A DNA stretch of 63,687 bases, counting the filler, from Octopus bimaculoides (lineage: Eukaryota): NCBI RefSeq assembly GCF_001194135.2. It is 7 parts of 6 records of this genome, joined end to end, with 100 filler letters (N's around TTAATTAATTAA, not from the genome) between each part and the next. Parts side by side here need not be neighbours in the genome. Positions count along the whole stretch, not along the records: positions 34,464 to 42,887 come from NC_068991.1; positions 42,988 to 49,011 come from NC_068994.1; positions 49,112 to 54,535 come from NC_068990.1; 4 more parts are not named here. One strand, given 5' to 3'. How positions within the stretch are numbered: position 1 is the stretch's first letter; each line of letters starts with the position of its first letter. Below the pieces are notes generated by a model. That model saw nothing but the letters and a program-made list of their open reading frames with translations. It searched no databases and was not told the DNA's origin. This document shows, piece by piece, positions 39,020 through 52,027 of the stretch. The translations under genes were made by a program, and so were the position numbers.

Positions 39020-42000
39020 CTCAACTCCACAGTCAAGAGTCCTTCACAGTTCAGCTGTCCACTTCCTCATTTCCTTGGAATACCACAAGTGATCCATCAT
39101 CATCAGTGTTATTTTGATCTACTACTGCCCTTACCACAACTAAACAATAGCCACAACAAGATCAGCATTGGAAGTCAATCTTCAATACTAGAACAATTGA
39201 AGACCTATTAAATTCCACAATCAAGAGCCCTTCACAATGTAGCTATCCATTTCCTCTGAATACCAAAATTGGGTCCATCATCATCATCATTGCCATCATG
39301 TTCTACTGCTATTACCCTTACCACAACTAAACAATAGTAACAACAAGATCAGCATTGGAAGTTATTCATCAATACTAGAATACTTATTGACCTACTAAAC
39401 AACACAGTCTCTAGCTCTTCTCTGCAGTCAAGCCACTGAAATTTTTCTCAGAATAATGCAAGAGATCCATCATCACCATCGTCATCCTATTCTACTGTAC
39501 TACCATTACCACTACTGCTGCTCCAATTAGAGAAGAATCACTCCTTTCTTCCCCCACTGTCCATGTCAATCTGAATGTATACCTGATACCTCCATGCTAA
39601 ATCTGCCAATTGTAAATAAAAGAAAATTATGAACACACAAAACCCCCAAATATGTCACTATTCTCAACATGACAGATTATGCATGTGCAGTGACTGTAAC
39701 TTCACCATTTACCTGGGACAGGATGCACCATTCATACAGGCAACACTAGCCAACATCAAACCACACATCTTACAACACCATTACCACCACCACTAAATGC
39801 TAAACAACACTTAATAGCTTCTACACATGTAACCCGAAATCCTAAAATCTGTTGCTATCCCCAACACAAAAGGTTGTTTCTGATGTGTGACTGTCTCTTC
39901 ACTCATCTTCCAGGGACTCGATGCACTACTAAAAGAATAACATCAAACTACCATCAAATCCACTGTAGAAACATCCCTTACAAGGCAGTATTGGTGCAGA
40001 CTTTCGTCGAAACCCAAAGTCATGCAGGTATCTACTGGGTACAATAGTAAAATCAACAGTGCAACCATACCAACTCCAGACAACTACACCTCTCAAAACA
40101 AGAAAATTCTTTTTTTAGCGATGATGAATCTGGCAAAAGACATTAAAAAAAACTTCTAGTTCCCATGCAGCACCAGCCAATGCTACTACCCCAGTACACA
40201 ACCACACCATTGCTTTCATTAACCCACAATCTCAACTCAATAATAATGTCAAATGTGCAAGGTCTTTCACACTTCACAAATCAAACAAAAGTATCATATC
40301 TTAGAGATCTTGCACGGCAAGAAAAGACAATGTGTAGCACAAAGTGAAATGCACCTGACTCCTGGCATATTGGATGTGGAAGTACATATGTCAGGTTATA
40401 TACTACTCAGAACTAACTACAGAATACAGAAACAAAGTGAAGAAGACCTAGCAACAAATGTCCTCCTCTTCCACTCCAACACAGTGTGTGATATATTAAT
40501 AATGCATGTGGTTGATCTCAATTTGATCATAAGCATTACCTACTGTCTTCCTGATGCAGCCTACCATGGAGATCACTTCAAAGAGGCTAACCTACAGGCC
40601 AATGTACTTTGAGCAGGGGTCTTTAATTTTCTTAGTCTCAGCTGACCTGAGGGCTATATCCAACCTGAAATTAAACAACTGACCAGGAGAGATATGAGTG
40701 CTTTTCTCGATACCACTAAATACTTCCTCATACAATAAATCATTACCTGTCCAACTAGGGGAAATAACATACTCAACCTAGTCTTTACCACCAATACAGA
40801 CTTCATTCACAATGTTCTGGTCATTTCCACAGCTATTTCCGACCATAACATTATACAAGTATCAATGAGGGCAAGACACACAAATGACATCAAACAACTC
40901 ACTCCACATAAACTTGATTTTCAGGAAGGCCAAGTGGAAGGAAATCAAAACTGAAATCCTCGAAACAAACTGGTCTCTGCATATTGGGAACTCCAATGTT
41001 AACATGGGAATGAAGTTTCTGTACGAAGAGTTAATCAGGATCTGTTGAAAGCATGACCAACATAAACACATTTATTCCTGCAAGCACTTGATTCCGTGAG
41101 ATAAACAGATACTAATGTGTAACAGAACCAAACCAACAAAGTAACAAGAAACTAAACTCTCTTAACAGTTGAGATTGAGAAAAAAACAAAAAAGAATATT
41201 GAACTAGGCCTAAAACTATCTCATGAAAAAGAAATTTCGTTAAGGGAACAACGAGCAGTATAAAATATAAAATCTATTTCTAAGTTTTTTTTCCACTTTT
41301 CTAAACAAAAATCAGCTACATATAACCAGATTGGCTATCTACTGGATCGAAACAGATCATATGCAAATGATTCATCAAAAATATGCACATTCTTGAGTTG
41401 ACATTATGATAGTGCATTTTTCCAACCTATAATTAACAAAATAATGTATGAGCCAAATGAATTCTTTGACATCCTACCTAGAACCCACTTGTAGAAACAC
41501 ATCTAAAAATTAATGACATGATAGAAGATGATATACTTACAGCAAATGACCTAGATTGAAACCCCATATCTGAACCAGATGGTCTCCTAGCCATACTGCT
41601 AAAAACGTGCAAAAACAGTCTCGTGAAACCATTAAGGATGCTATTTCAAAAGTCGCTAGATACCGGTGGATTTCCAGAACTACTGAAAGACACAATAGTG
41701 GCACCGATACACAAAGGAAGGTAGCAGAGCTGAAGCTAAAAATTACAGTCTTATTTCTCTCACATCTCACACATTTAAAATTATCAAATGCATTGACCAA
41801 AATAGAATTATTACATAACTTGAGGAAAACAATCTCGTAGATGACATACAGCAAGGTTTTTAGACTGGACAAAGTTGCCTTTCACAACTATTACAGCACC
41901 ATAACACTATTCTTAATAATCTCTTGAGAGGAAATGACACTGACTGTATATATTTTCATTTTGTTAAGGTATTTGATAAGATTGTCAAGGAATCATCTGT

Positions 42001-42855
42001 CATAAGTTGAGGGATCTTGATATCATTGGAAAACTCAGAAAATGGCTGTTTGACTTCCTACATGGTAGGAGACAATCTGTAGCTGGAAATGGTTTTCTGT
42101 CTGCAAAGTCACCTGTAATAAGTGGTATTCCTCAGGGAACGGTTCTAGGACTATTATTATTTATCATCAACCTTTCAGAAGTGCACTCATTCAAACTAAT
42201 GAGTTACGCCAATGAAGAAAAAATTTCAATGGCTATCCAAACTCCAGATAATACTGTTACACTCCAAAATGAGATATACATCATTTATCAATGGGTAGAT
42301 TAAAACAATATGAAATTTAATACAACAAAATTTCAGGTTCTTCGTTACAGATGGAATACATACAAATCACAATATTTGACATCAGAATGATTCAGAGCTC
42401 TAATGACATACAGGGCTTAGGTGTAATCATGTCAAATGATGTATCTTTCATTAGCCACATCACCAAACTGGCTTCTAAATGCAGACATCTTATAGGATGG
42501 ATTCTACAAACCTTCATGACAAGAGAACCAGTAGTTAGACTAACTCTATGGAAAACTTCAGTTCTGAGCAAGTTACATTACTGCTCAGAACTTTGGTCTC
42601 CTAACTCATCTGGCCTCATAGAAGAAACTGAAGGTTTACAAAGAACATTCACCAGTAAAATATCTTAGTTAAAAGCCTTAACTACTAGGAATATTTGAAA
42701 GTGTTGCATCTCTACTATATTGAATGCTGTTCCAAACTTCAGCATTAGAGAGAATTTTAATGCATGAACTGTTAGATATTGTCAGCTTCCAAATAAACCA
42801 CCTTTGGAATCACATGCAAAATCACTTTATTGTACGAGTCTGATATATAGAAGTC

Positions 42856-42860
<5 letters not shown>
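39020..42860 (+). mobile_element. Near full-length degenerate CR1/L2-group LINE (APE endonuclease + RT)
   Basis: Endonuclease remnants ~40250-40870 (PTRGNNILNLVFT, ISDHNII). RT ~41530-42670 (DTIVAPIHKG, IQQGFR, SGIPQGTVLGLLLF, LHYCSELWSP, LQRTFT). Many stops and frameshifts; 5' boundary uncertain. Confidence 0.88.
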
Positions 42861-42887
<27 letters not shown>

Positions 42888-43856
42888 NNNNNNNNNNNNN
42901 NNNNNNNNNNNNNNNNNNNNNNNNNNNNNNNTTAATTAATTAANNNNNNNNNNNNNNNNNNNNNNNNNNNNNNNNNNNNNNNNNNNNCAGTAACACTGTC
43001 TTTTATAGGACCACCATATTTAGTAGACAGTGATAATTTTTTTTATTTATTATTGTTTTTTTTTACATATTTGTAATCTCCAACATCTAAAACTTAGGAA
43101 TCCAAAACATTTTTTTCAAAAAAATGCATTTTTTAAGGAGAGGTGCGAAATTGCATTAGCCCCACCCCCCTCATGTTTTTTTTTTTTTTTCCTAACTATT
43201 TTAAGTTCCTATGTAGTCAAGAACAGAAAGAAACTGTCTCAGCTCTCTGAAATGAAAGCAGAAGGGCTGCACCAAATTTAGGTTGGTACTAATTTTTCAG
43301 TTGAGTCGACTAAAATGAAATGAAATATCTTACTCAAGGACACAATGTGACAAAATTTTGTCGAATCAAAATTTTCTACAGCTGGATACACTTCTTGTCA
43401 CCAACCTTCACTTGTTTTTGAGTAAGATAATAATATCCTCAGTTTATTCAATAGCAAACAGCCTGGAAAATGCTTTCATTGATGATTAAATGACACTATG
43501 TGTATGTGCACACTCACACACAGTTGTTTTTATACGTACATACATACACATATCTGTCAGAAGAAGAAAAAAATGTAGATCACTGATGTAAAACTAGACG
43601 TGCATGGAATGGCATTGAACATTTTGGTGATATTTTTCTGGCGTTTTGATATCATGGTACTCCTATAGTCCTGAGCTTGTGACCCATATTGGCACTAGAT
43701 AACTTACCTCAGTTCGTCTGGATCATGTCATAGGGTGAAGAGGAACTATGAGGTATGATGTAAGTCTTATCGAACTTAAAATTTTGCACAAGTATTGCTG
43801 ATATTGTATGTAGGCACATATATATAAATATATGTGAGTGTTTGTGTATATATGTA

Positions 43857-44358
43857 TGGGCGGATGTAAAGAATGCGGACCACACCCACTTTCGTTATTT
43901 ATTTATTTATTTTTTTTCTAAAGAATTACTCATTTTCGAGTACGGAGATTCTGATTCTGCAAAAAGAAAAAAAAAAAACTGCATTTTAAAATTTTAATCC
44001 CCCCACCTACCAAATTCTTCAATTTTCACTTTTTTCAGAAATTCTATTTTTGCAGTCATAATCTCCGTATTTTTCAACATATTTCGCAAAAAAAAAAAAA
44101 AAAAANNNNNNNNNNNNNNNNNNNNNNNNNNNNNNNNNNNNNNNNNNNNNNNNNNNNNNNNNNNNNNNNNNNNNNNNNNNNNNNNNNNNNNNNNNNNNNN
44201 NNNNNNNNNNNNNAGTGGGGGTGGGGGAAAATTAAAATTTCAAAATGAGGTCTTTTTTTTTTTTGCAGAATCAGAATCTCCGTATTCGAAAATGGAGCAT
44301 TCTGTAAAAAAAAAAAATTTTAATAATGAAAGGGGGTCCACATTCTTTATGTCCGCCT
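43857..44358. mobile_element. Foldback MITE with ~145-bp terminal inverted repeats
   Basis: GGGCGGATGTAAAGAATGCGGACC...GAGTACGGAGATTCTGATTCTGC is mirrored by GCAGAATCAGAATCTCCGTATTC...GGTCCACATTCTTTATGTCCGCCT; gap in the middle. Confidence 0.85.
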
Positions 44359-44544
44359 AAATGTATATATGATGATGATGAGGAATTCTCGCATTCGACT
44401 CATATATATGTGTGTATGTGTGTGTGTGTGTGTATACTATGTGTGTATATATGTATGTATGTATGTATGTATACATGTATGTATTTTATGGCTGCAAAAC
44501 GAAATAATGTGTAATAAATGATAATTTGTAAAACAACTAACTAG

Positions 44545-44890
44545 TTACTCTTTTACTTGTTTCAGTCATTTGACTGCGGCCATGCTGGAGCACCGCCTTT
44601 AGTCGAGCAAATCGACCCCAGGACTTATTCTATCGGTCTCTTTTGCCAAACTGCTAGGTTATGGGGACATAAACACACCAGGAGCACCACCTTGAAGGGT
44701 TATTAGTCAAACAGATTGATTCCACTGCTTATTTTTTTTAAAGTCAGATACTTATTCTATTGGTTTTTTTTTTCTGCTGAACTACTAAGTTACAGGGAAG
44801 TAAACAAACCAACAGCAGTAGTTAAGCACAGGTGGTAGGAGGCCAAACAAAGACATGCACATACATATGTGCATGTGTGTGTGTAAATAT
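44545..44890 (-). mobile_element. CORE-type SINE tail pieces
   Basis: CTTTTACTTGTTTCAGTCATTTGACTGCGGCCATGCTGGAGCACCGCC, with an internal partial repeat. Confidence 0.75.
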
Positions 44891-44894
44891 ATAT

Positions 44895-45245
44895 TGACCC
44901 CAATGCTCAACTGGTATTCATTTTATTGACCCCAGTGCTCAACTGGTACTTAGTTTATTGACTCCAAAAGGAGAATTTGAACTCAGAATGTAAAGACAGA
45001 CAAAATGCCACTAAACATTTCGCCTGGTGTGCTAACAGTTCTGCCAGCTCACTGCTTTAATAATAATATTAATAGCAGTTTCAGAGTTTGGCACAAGACT
45101 GGCAATATCAGGTGGGGTAGGGGTAAATCGATTACAGTAACCCCAGTGTTCAGCTGGTACTTACTTTATCAACCCCAAAGGCAAAGTCAACTTCAGCAGA
45201 ATTTGAACTGAGATGGAACAAAATGCAGTGAAGCATGCCAACAAT
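44895..45245 (-). mobile_element. Two Deu/Nin-like SINE copies
   Basis: Both contain CAACTGGTACTT or CAGCTGGTACTT followed by GAATTTGAACT. Confidence 0.75.
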
Positions 45246-45255
45246 TCTGGTTAAT

Positions 45256-45700
45256 CATCATCATCATCATCGTTTAACGTCCGCTTTCCATGCTGGCATG
45301 GGTTGGACGGTTTGACTGGGGACTGGTGAGCCAGATGGCTGCACCAGGCTCCAATCTGATCTGGTAGAGTTTCTACAGCTGGATGCCCTTCCTAATGCCA
45401 ACCACTCCGAGAGTGTAGTGGGTGATTTTACGTACCACCAGCACGAGGGCCAGTCAGGAAGTACTGACAACGGCTACGCTCAAATGGTGTTTTTACATAT
45501 CACCTGCACAGGAGCCAGTCCAGCGGCACTGGCAATGCCCTCGCTCGAATGTTGTTTTCCACGTACCACCAGCACAAGTGCCAGTAAGGCGACACTGGTA
45601 ACGATGACGCTCGAAAGGTGCTTTTTACATGCTACCGGCATGAGGGCTAGTCAGCAGTCCTGGCAACGATCACGCTCGGATGGTGCTCTTAGCACAGGCA
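45256..45700 (-). mobile_element. SINE-like repeat with an RTE-type 3' tail
   Basis: Minus strand ends CCAACCCATGCCAGCATGGAAAGCGGACGTTAAACGATGATGATG; internal ~60-bp tandem subrepeats. Confidence 0.65.
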
Positions 45701-46110
45701 CAAGGCCTGAAATTTGTGGGGAGGGGACTAGTCGATTACATCAACCCTAGTGCTCAACTGGTACTTTTTTTATCAACCCCAAAAGAATGAAAGGCAATGT
45801 CAATCTTGGTGTAATTTGAACTTAGAATGTAAAGACAGATGAAATGCTGCTAAGCATTTTTCCTGGCATGCTAACAACTCTACCAGCTGTCACCTTAATA
45901 ATAATACTTTTTATGTCAGTTGTAGAAACTAATCAACATTATCAATATCCTTTCAATAATATTAGTCCTTTCTGTTAGAGGCAAATGGTCTGGAAATTTT
46001 GAGGGAAAGGATAGTTGGTTATATCAATTCCAATATGCAACTGGTAATTATTTCATTGATTTCAAAAGGCTAAAAGGCCAAGTCAACCTCAGTGGAAATT
46101 GAACTTTTGA
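45690..46110 (-). mobile_element. Two further Deu/Nin-like SINE copies
   Basis: GGCACAAGGCCTGAAATTTG...GAATGTAAAGACAGATG; decayed copy ~45970-46110. Confidence 0.7.
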
Positions 46111-46324
46111 ATTTGAATTTTACGTCTGAAAAACAATGTAAACTTTATTCTAGTCAATCTGTATTCTTTGATTATGCTTTGCTGCAGATATCTAATACAA
46201 CAGAAACATGTCTGCCATTGCTACTATACTGGTGATTAGATTCACTCTCCACTCTACATCTCTATTCAATTCTTAAGCAATTTCTACATTCCAGAGTTTT
46301 CTCCCATGTTGTTCTTAGTAAGAA

Positions 46325-46460
46325 ATGTTGTGGTTTGGAAGTTTGTTTCCCAACTACAACGTTCCAGGTTCAGTCCCATTGCATGCTACTTTGGGCACAT
46401 GTCTTTCACTATAGTCCCAGATCAACTAAAGCTTTGTGAATGGTTCTGGTAGACAGACGG
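46325..46460 (+). mobile_element. CORE-type SINE head
   Basis: GGTTCAGTCCCATTGC...TTTGGGCACATGTCTTTCACTATAG. Confidence 0.65.
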
Positions 46461-47257
46461 CACTGCTAGGAAATTTTAAGATATGATGTAGGTAAAATAC
46501 CTGACAATATGCTCTGCTTGAAAATCAAATGGTAAGGTCAGTGATTAACATATATGATTTAAATTAATTAAAAATAAATTGAAATTGTTAGGTTGGTATT
46601 GACATACTTTAAAATTACAGTGTAGCTCATTTAAATTTATTGAAAAACTGAATAAAATGATGAGGTTGGTGATTAGCATACTTAATTTAAATTAAAAATA
46701 GAATCTTTTAGATAAACAATAGGATAAAATTATTTGGTTGGTGATTAGCATACTCCATTGAAATTGATTAAAGATAGAATCATTGTCACCATGCTGCCAA
46801 GGTGAAACACCTTCCCACTGAATTAGCTACATTTTTGTTTTACTTTGCATACCATAATTGTTTCTCCTTGAAGTTTCTTTTTTAAATCTGAATTATACTA
46901 ATGTTTTCCTGTGACTGCGGGACTAATTTCCTTCAATTAAAATTTGTTTGTTCACTGCATTAAATATGTTGGCATTGGTGTTATCAACATATACGCTAAA
47001 TCATTTGCTAGCGATCTTTCCACTATGACAGCACCTCAAATCATATATTATTTGTATCTCTAGCACTGTACTAGTAGTTAATTTTTCTTTGTGAACAATA
47101 TCTTTATTGGATGCTGGAAAGTTCCTGGATTTGAGTAAAAAAACATACAGGAGGATCAGTTGACTATGATTTTATTCAACATATTCCCCCTCTCTGGTTC
47201 ACACGTTTTTGGCAACGGTCCTTCAGTTTTTCTCAATCCTGTAAAAGAAATAACTGG

Positions 47258-47353
47258 GCATCAGAATCGTTGTTTTTGTCCCAGATCAACACTGATCAAG
47301 CCCATTTATTATAATTTAGAAGTTAGTAGAATCACATTATATATATAAGGAGT
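47258..47353 (+). repeat. 96-bp direct repeat, copy 1 (copy 2 at 48406-48501)
   Basis: AGAATCGTTGTTTTTGTCCCAGATC...GAAGTTAGTAGAATCAC...TAAGGAGT; 5 mismatches by eye. Confidence 0.9.
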
Positions 47354-47408
47354 GACATTTAAAGGATTTTTGGTCGTTGTTTCTAACAGATCCAAAGATC
47401 ACATAGAG

Positions 47409-47723
47409 CAGTGCTTCTCAACCAGGGTCCGTATGACCCCCAGGAGGTTCATACAGGATTTTTTTGGGTCTATGTAAAAAAAATAGTTAACGGTCTTATT
47501 TTAAGGGTTCACGAAAAAGTTTCGGTTTAGATGTATTTATAGCAAGAAAAAGCTAATTTTCAAATTTTTGAATAACTCAACCTACACATGTGAAAAACAG
47601 AATAAGAATTTTGAAAGAAGTATCAACAGAATTAGCTTTTTAAACATCAAATGGCTATAGGGTCCACTACAATAAAATAGTAATCAGAGAGTTCCGTGAG
47701 TAAAAAGTGGTTCAGGACCACTG
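47409..47723. mobile_element. hAT (Charlie-like) MITE
   Basis: CAGTGCTTCTCAACC / GGTTCAGGACCACTG; flanks ACATAGAG / ACGTAGGT. Confidence 0.7.
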
Positions 47724-48037
47724 ACGTAGGTTCCTATTTGCTTGGTGGTCGTAGGAGTTATCTAACTTGGAAACCCAAAGAAACGTAAAACATAACCAAA
47801 ACTAATATTACTATTTCTGTATAATGTTTACATATTTTTTAATATTTTACACATATGTTGATAAAGTCTAAAAATATTCATATAATAACGTTATCACCAT
47901 ATGATGTGAAATATATGGTCAAATATCGTGAGCGCAACATTCATTTCAGTTTTTCGTTTGTCAATAAATATAATCATTCGTTCCGTTTATTCATTCCAGT
48001 TTTTCGACTTACTCACTTGTGTCGTCACTATTTAAAG

Positions 48038-48197
48038 ATGGACGACCACGGTCAAAGTTTTACTGGTAGTAAGCAGTCGATTTGGCCCCGAGAGACGGTT
48101 TACCTTGTATTAGTTGGGTTATTGCTGTTAACTATTTTGATACTTACTCTCATTAACCGATGGTTCAGCTCTAACGAGCCACTGCAACCAGTCAGAG
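48038..48197 (+). CDS. Candidate first coding exon of an unrecognised single-pass membrane protein
   Basis: AAAGATGG start context; MDDHGQSFTGSKQSIWPRETVYLVLVGLLLLTILILTLINRWFSSNEPLQPVR; donor AG|GTAAGA at 48197/8 and a second donor AG|GTAAAC at 48216/7; upstream acceptor TTCATTCCAG at 47999. Confidence 0.6.
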
Positions 48198-49139
48198 GTA
48201 AGATGTTCCGTCACAGGTAAACATATGTTGCATCATTGTCATGTTGATATGTGTTTATTTGTGTCACTATTCGATTGACCAACGTTTAATATCTCGTGAT
48301 TGATTAATATTTCATGCCTTTGTTTAACTAATTTTGTGAAGCTGATGATTTCACAATCTTTCTGAAGAAGCTTGATTGAAAATAATCGGTTTGGATAAAA
48401 ACTGTGCATAAGAATCGTTGTTTTTGTCCCAGATCAAAACTGATCAAGCCCACTTATTATAATTTAGAAGTTAGTAGAATCACATAATATATTTAAGGAG
48501 TTTTGGTCGAGAGGCAGTCCCCGAAACAGCGTGCATTCTCTCCTGATGACCCCATACACCTGCTGGCTTCTGGTATGCGGAGTTCTCGACTGGTAGCACT
48601 TGCATGTGCGAGTTGTTTGCAAAACATTCAATCCATATTTTCCATGCAATCGCTTTCAGCTTTAGTAGTTTTGTGTTAAACAAGTGACTTATTTTTCGAT
48701 TTCCGATGGGTTTAAGGTTCGTAAATTGCTGCAATGGCTAAAATATTCGGTGTAACTTTTCTGATGTTTCATTTTATTTTGCCACAACCAAAGCCTCAGA
48801 TGTTTTTATATATATGAAAAGGATTATATTATAAGGAATGCAAGTACTGTTTGTGAACCACAGCATGTTTTAGCATATGAAGAAAGAGTATCTTAAAACG
48901 AAGACAAAAACTGCTACATGCCTCTGCATATTTTCTTATATAAGCACTATATAAAAAGGGATGTGAATTTCGTACTATCCACTTCTGCACTTTTTAGCCC
49001 ATTAATTTTTANNNNNNNNNNNNNNNNNNNNNNNNNNNNNNNNNNNNNNNNNNNNTTAATTAATTAANNNNNNNNNNNNNNNNNNNNNNNNNNNNNNNNN
49101 NNNNNNNNNNNTATATATATATATATATATATATATGGA

Positions 49140-50170
49140 GTCCAGCAAGGCCTTCGGCAAGGTTGATCTCTGCATCCCAGCATCCAATTGAAGAAGCTAA
49201 CGAAAATTGGGGTCCAACGGAAACTATTAAAGTGGATTTAATGTTTTCTGATGAACAGAACTTAGCATGTGGTGATAGGTGGTGCTTGATCGAGTTCGGC
49301 AAAATTTGTCAGTGGAGTCCTGCAAAGCACTCTACTGGGCCCACTCCTTTTCATTAATTACATCAGTGACATCATTGACGTCATGGGATACAGCATCATT
49401 TGAATTTTTGTCTGACAGTACAGGGGCCGTTGGATTTGTTCGCTGCTGTCTGATGGGCGGGAAAATACATTATGCTGCCAAACGAGAATAAATTTGGATT
49501 AATTCACTTCAATAAAGGTGTTGCTCTTAAGCTACCATACAATCTTCTTTCAGGCAAAACTTCATGGCATCAAACACCGTTAGGGAGCCCCAGATAACTA
49601 TCAACATGGAAAGCAGGACGCACTCCTGCATCCCCAGGACTTTCCGGCCTAGAAACACTCCTGCCATTATCCTTCTCTTGTCCACCTTCGCCGGTCCTCA
49701 CCTTGAATACTATTGTCCGCTGAGAGAAATCCAGAGATCGTTCACAAAGAAAACAGGCAACATGACAAGTCTTGATCATTGTTATTGTCTCCAGAAACTC
49801 AAACTTTATTCCCTCCAACACTACCGTGAGATCTATATCATTTGTAGGATATGGTAAATATTCCAAAAAAGCGCTGTCCTAATGATGTTAGAATCAGCTT
49901 TACAATTCACCCTAGTCTTGGTCTCCGTGCCATTCATCCTCTGTAAAAATCATGCTTCCGTCACATAACTATACTAAGACAGAACTATTTCGACTCAACT
50001 GGCTCTGCTCTCATTAATATCATACCAAAACACATAAGAAAAGAAAAAAGTTTCCTCATATTCAGACAGGTCCTGAATGAATATCGCCAACAAATTACAG
50101 ATAAACTACCTACAGCCGGATATATCTCTACAAACAACTCTACTCGAATGTGCTACGGTGCTCAAAAAAT
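49140..50170 (+). mobile_element. 5'-truncated CR1/L2-group LINE (RT fragment)
   Basis: SKAFGKVD, SGVLQSTLLGPLLFINYISD, GPHLEYYCP and LKLYSLQ motifs; frameshifted. Confidence 0.85.
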
Positions 50171-50626
50171 GACTAATACGAAACATTATAAAATTGCTTT
50201 TCCAGTGGTGTTGTTTAAGTTAGTCCTGGTCTGGGCCAAGTCTGACCGAAACTTAAATTGCTTTACATTCAAATTCGTGACTATTCATCTATTCATGAAA
50301 TATTCAGGTATTACGGTCTGTTGAATCGTATTGTTATTTGTTTGTAAAATCTGAAGACGGTGAGCAAGCCTAAAAACTTCGAAGTCACGTTCAGTCTTTT
50401 TCTCGTAAAATTTAATACATATATACTCCACTTACACTAAAATATATTGAGTAATACTTCAGTTTAATGTTGAGTTGCTTTTATATATAACTGCACATAA
50501 AAGCAAACATTAATAAGCGCGTGACAGGGATGTTATATGTGTATGAAAGTACCTGAATGCATATTACAATCCACAAATGTGCGTGTTTGTGTGTGTGTGT
50601 GTACGCGTTTATGTTTGCGCGCGCGC

Positions 50627-50658
<32 letters not shown>

Positions 50659-50939
50659 ACATATTTAAAAGCATAAATATTTTTTTTAATGGAATATTGA
50701 AGTAGTAAGTCAAATAAAGTACATGTGAAAATATGTACAAACCCATTCATTAAATTAAATATAACCTAATGAAGCTTCGAAAAGGTATTTTCGTATTACC
50801 TTTTATTTTTCGAGTTAAGTCACGCCTTGGAACCAGTTTCTAACGTAGGTTGAGGTATGCCTTGTAGTGTGTGCATATATATGTGGGGTGGAGTCTGTGT
50901 AGATAGGTAGACAGACAGACAGACAGACAAGACAGACAT

Positions 50940-50978
<39 letters not shown>

Positions 50979-51545
50979 TACTTAAGTGTGCGTGTATGTG
51001 TGTGTGTGTGAGTGTATGTATTAATTCTATTTAACCAGTTCGACGGTTGTTTAAATGTCTCCATCTTTCTTTTGATGCTCGTCAAGAAATACTGGGACAC
51101 AGTTCTTGCTTCTTGATACATCACCATCATCATCATCATCATCATCATTTTCATCATAACCAATAGGTATTATCTAAAACAGTAACAACAGCAACAACAA
51201 CAATATCAACAAAAATATCATCATCATCACGACCATTCTAACAAGAACAAGTCGAATAAATATTCACACAACAGCATCAATATTGCAAATTTATGATAGC
51301 GCCAGCAACGATAATCCTAGCTGCAACCATTTTTAATCTGGAATGCCGACTGACAGATTGAATGAATCTCTTCCTATAATCTTGAGTTTTTCAAAACGAA
51401 CGCATTTGACAACCATCTAGCTAGCTAGACGCGCGCGCGCATACATGCACGCACGCACACATGCGCACACAGGCTCACGCACGCACGCACGCACACGAAC
51501 ACACCCATATCTCGGAAGATATTTGCATTGTCTTTTTCCCGGCAG

Positions 51546-51671
51546 GAATTTCTGCAGTCGTTGCAGTGTTGCAAACCAGGAGAGACAACAGAGACAAGTG
51601 CAGTGTCGCCTACACATCGATGACAATACTGTTGCTCGCAAACCCTATTACATGCATGTCGAAATGAATGC
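51546..51671 (+). CDS. Candidate 126-nt internal exon
   Basis: Acceptor TTGTCTTTTTCCCGGCAG|, donor GC|GTGAGT. Open only in phase 2-2: (R)NFCSRCSVANQERQQRQVQCRLHIDDNTVARKPYYMHVEMNA. A complex island between microsatellites. Confidence 0.5.
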
Positions 51672-52027
51672 GTGAGTCCTTTGTCAATTACAAATGCACA
51701 AGAAGAAATGATCACACACACATATGCACACATACACACATATACACACACAGAGACACACATACACAAATTCAAACTCGCACACACTCTCCTGCGCACA
51801 CAGAGACATGCATACAGACATGCGCACGAACACACAGTCGGGTAAAGTCAACTGTTGAATATCAGGGAACCCTCCGTATGCGTATGTGTGATTATGCTAC
51901 AATGTATGTGACTTTATATAACTCTGCACATTTCGGGAAAAATATTAATTTATTAAGCAAAATAATTAGTTAGAAAATCTCTATAAGAGATGAAAGTAGT
52001 AAATATATAGAGAAGTATCGTTTATCG

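Noticed and set aside
39070-39110. CUGAUGA..GAAA on minus within the LINE 5' array
   Set aside because: Extra bases before GAAA and no stem I.
48500-48740. Complex segment with two short minus ORFs
   Set aside because: No recognisable motif or splice signals; left unassigned.
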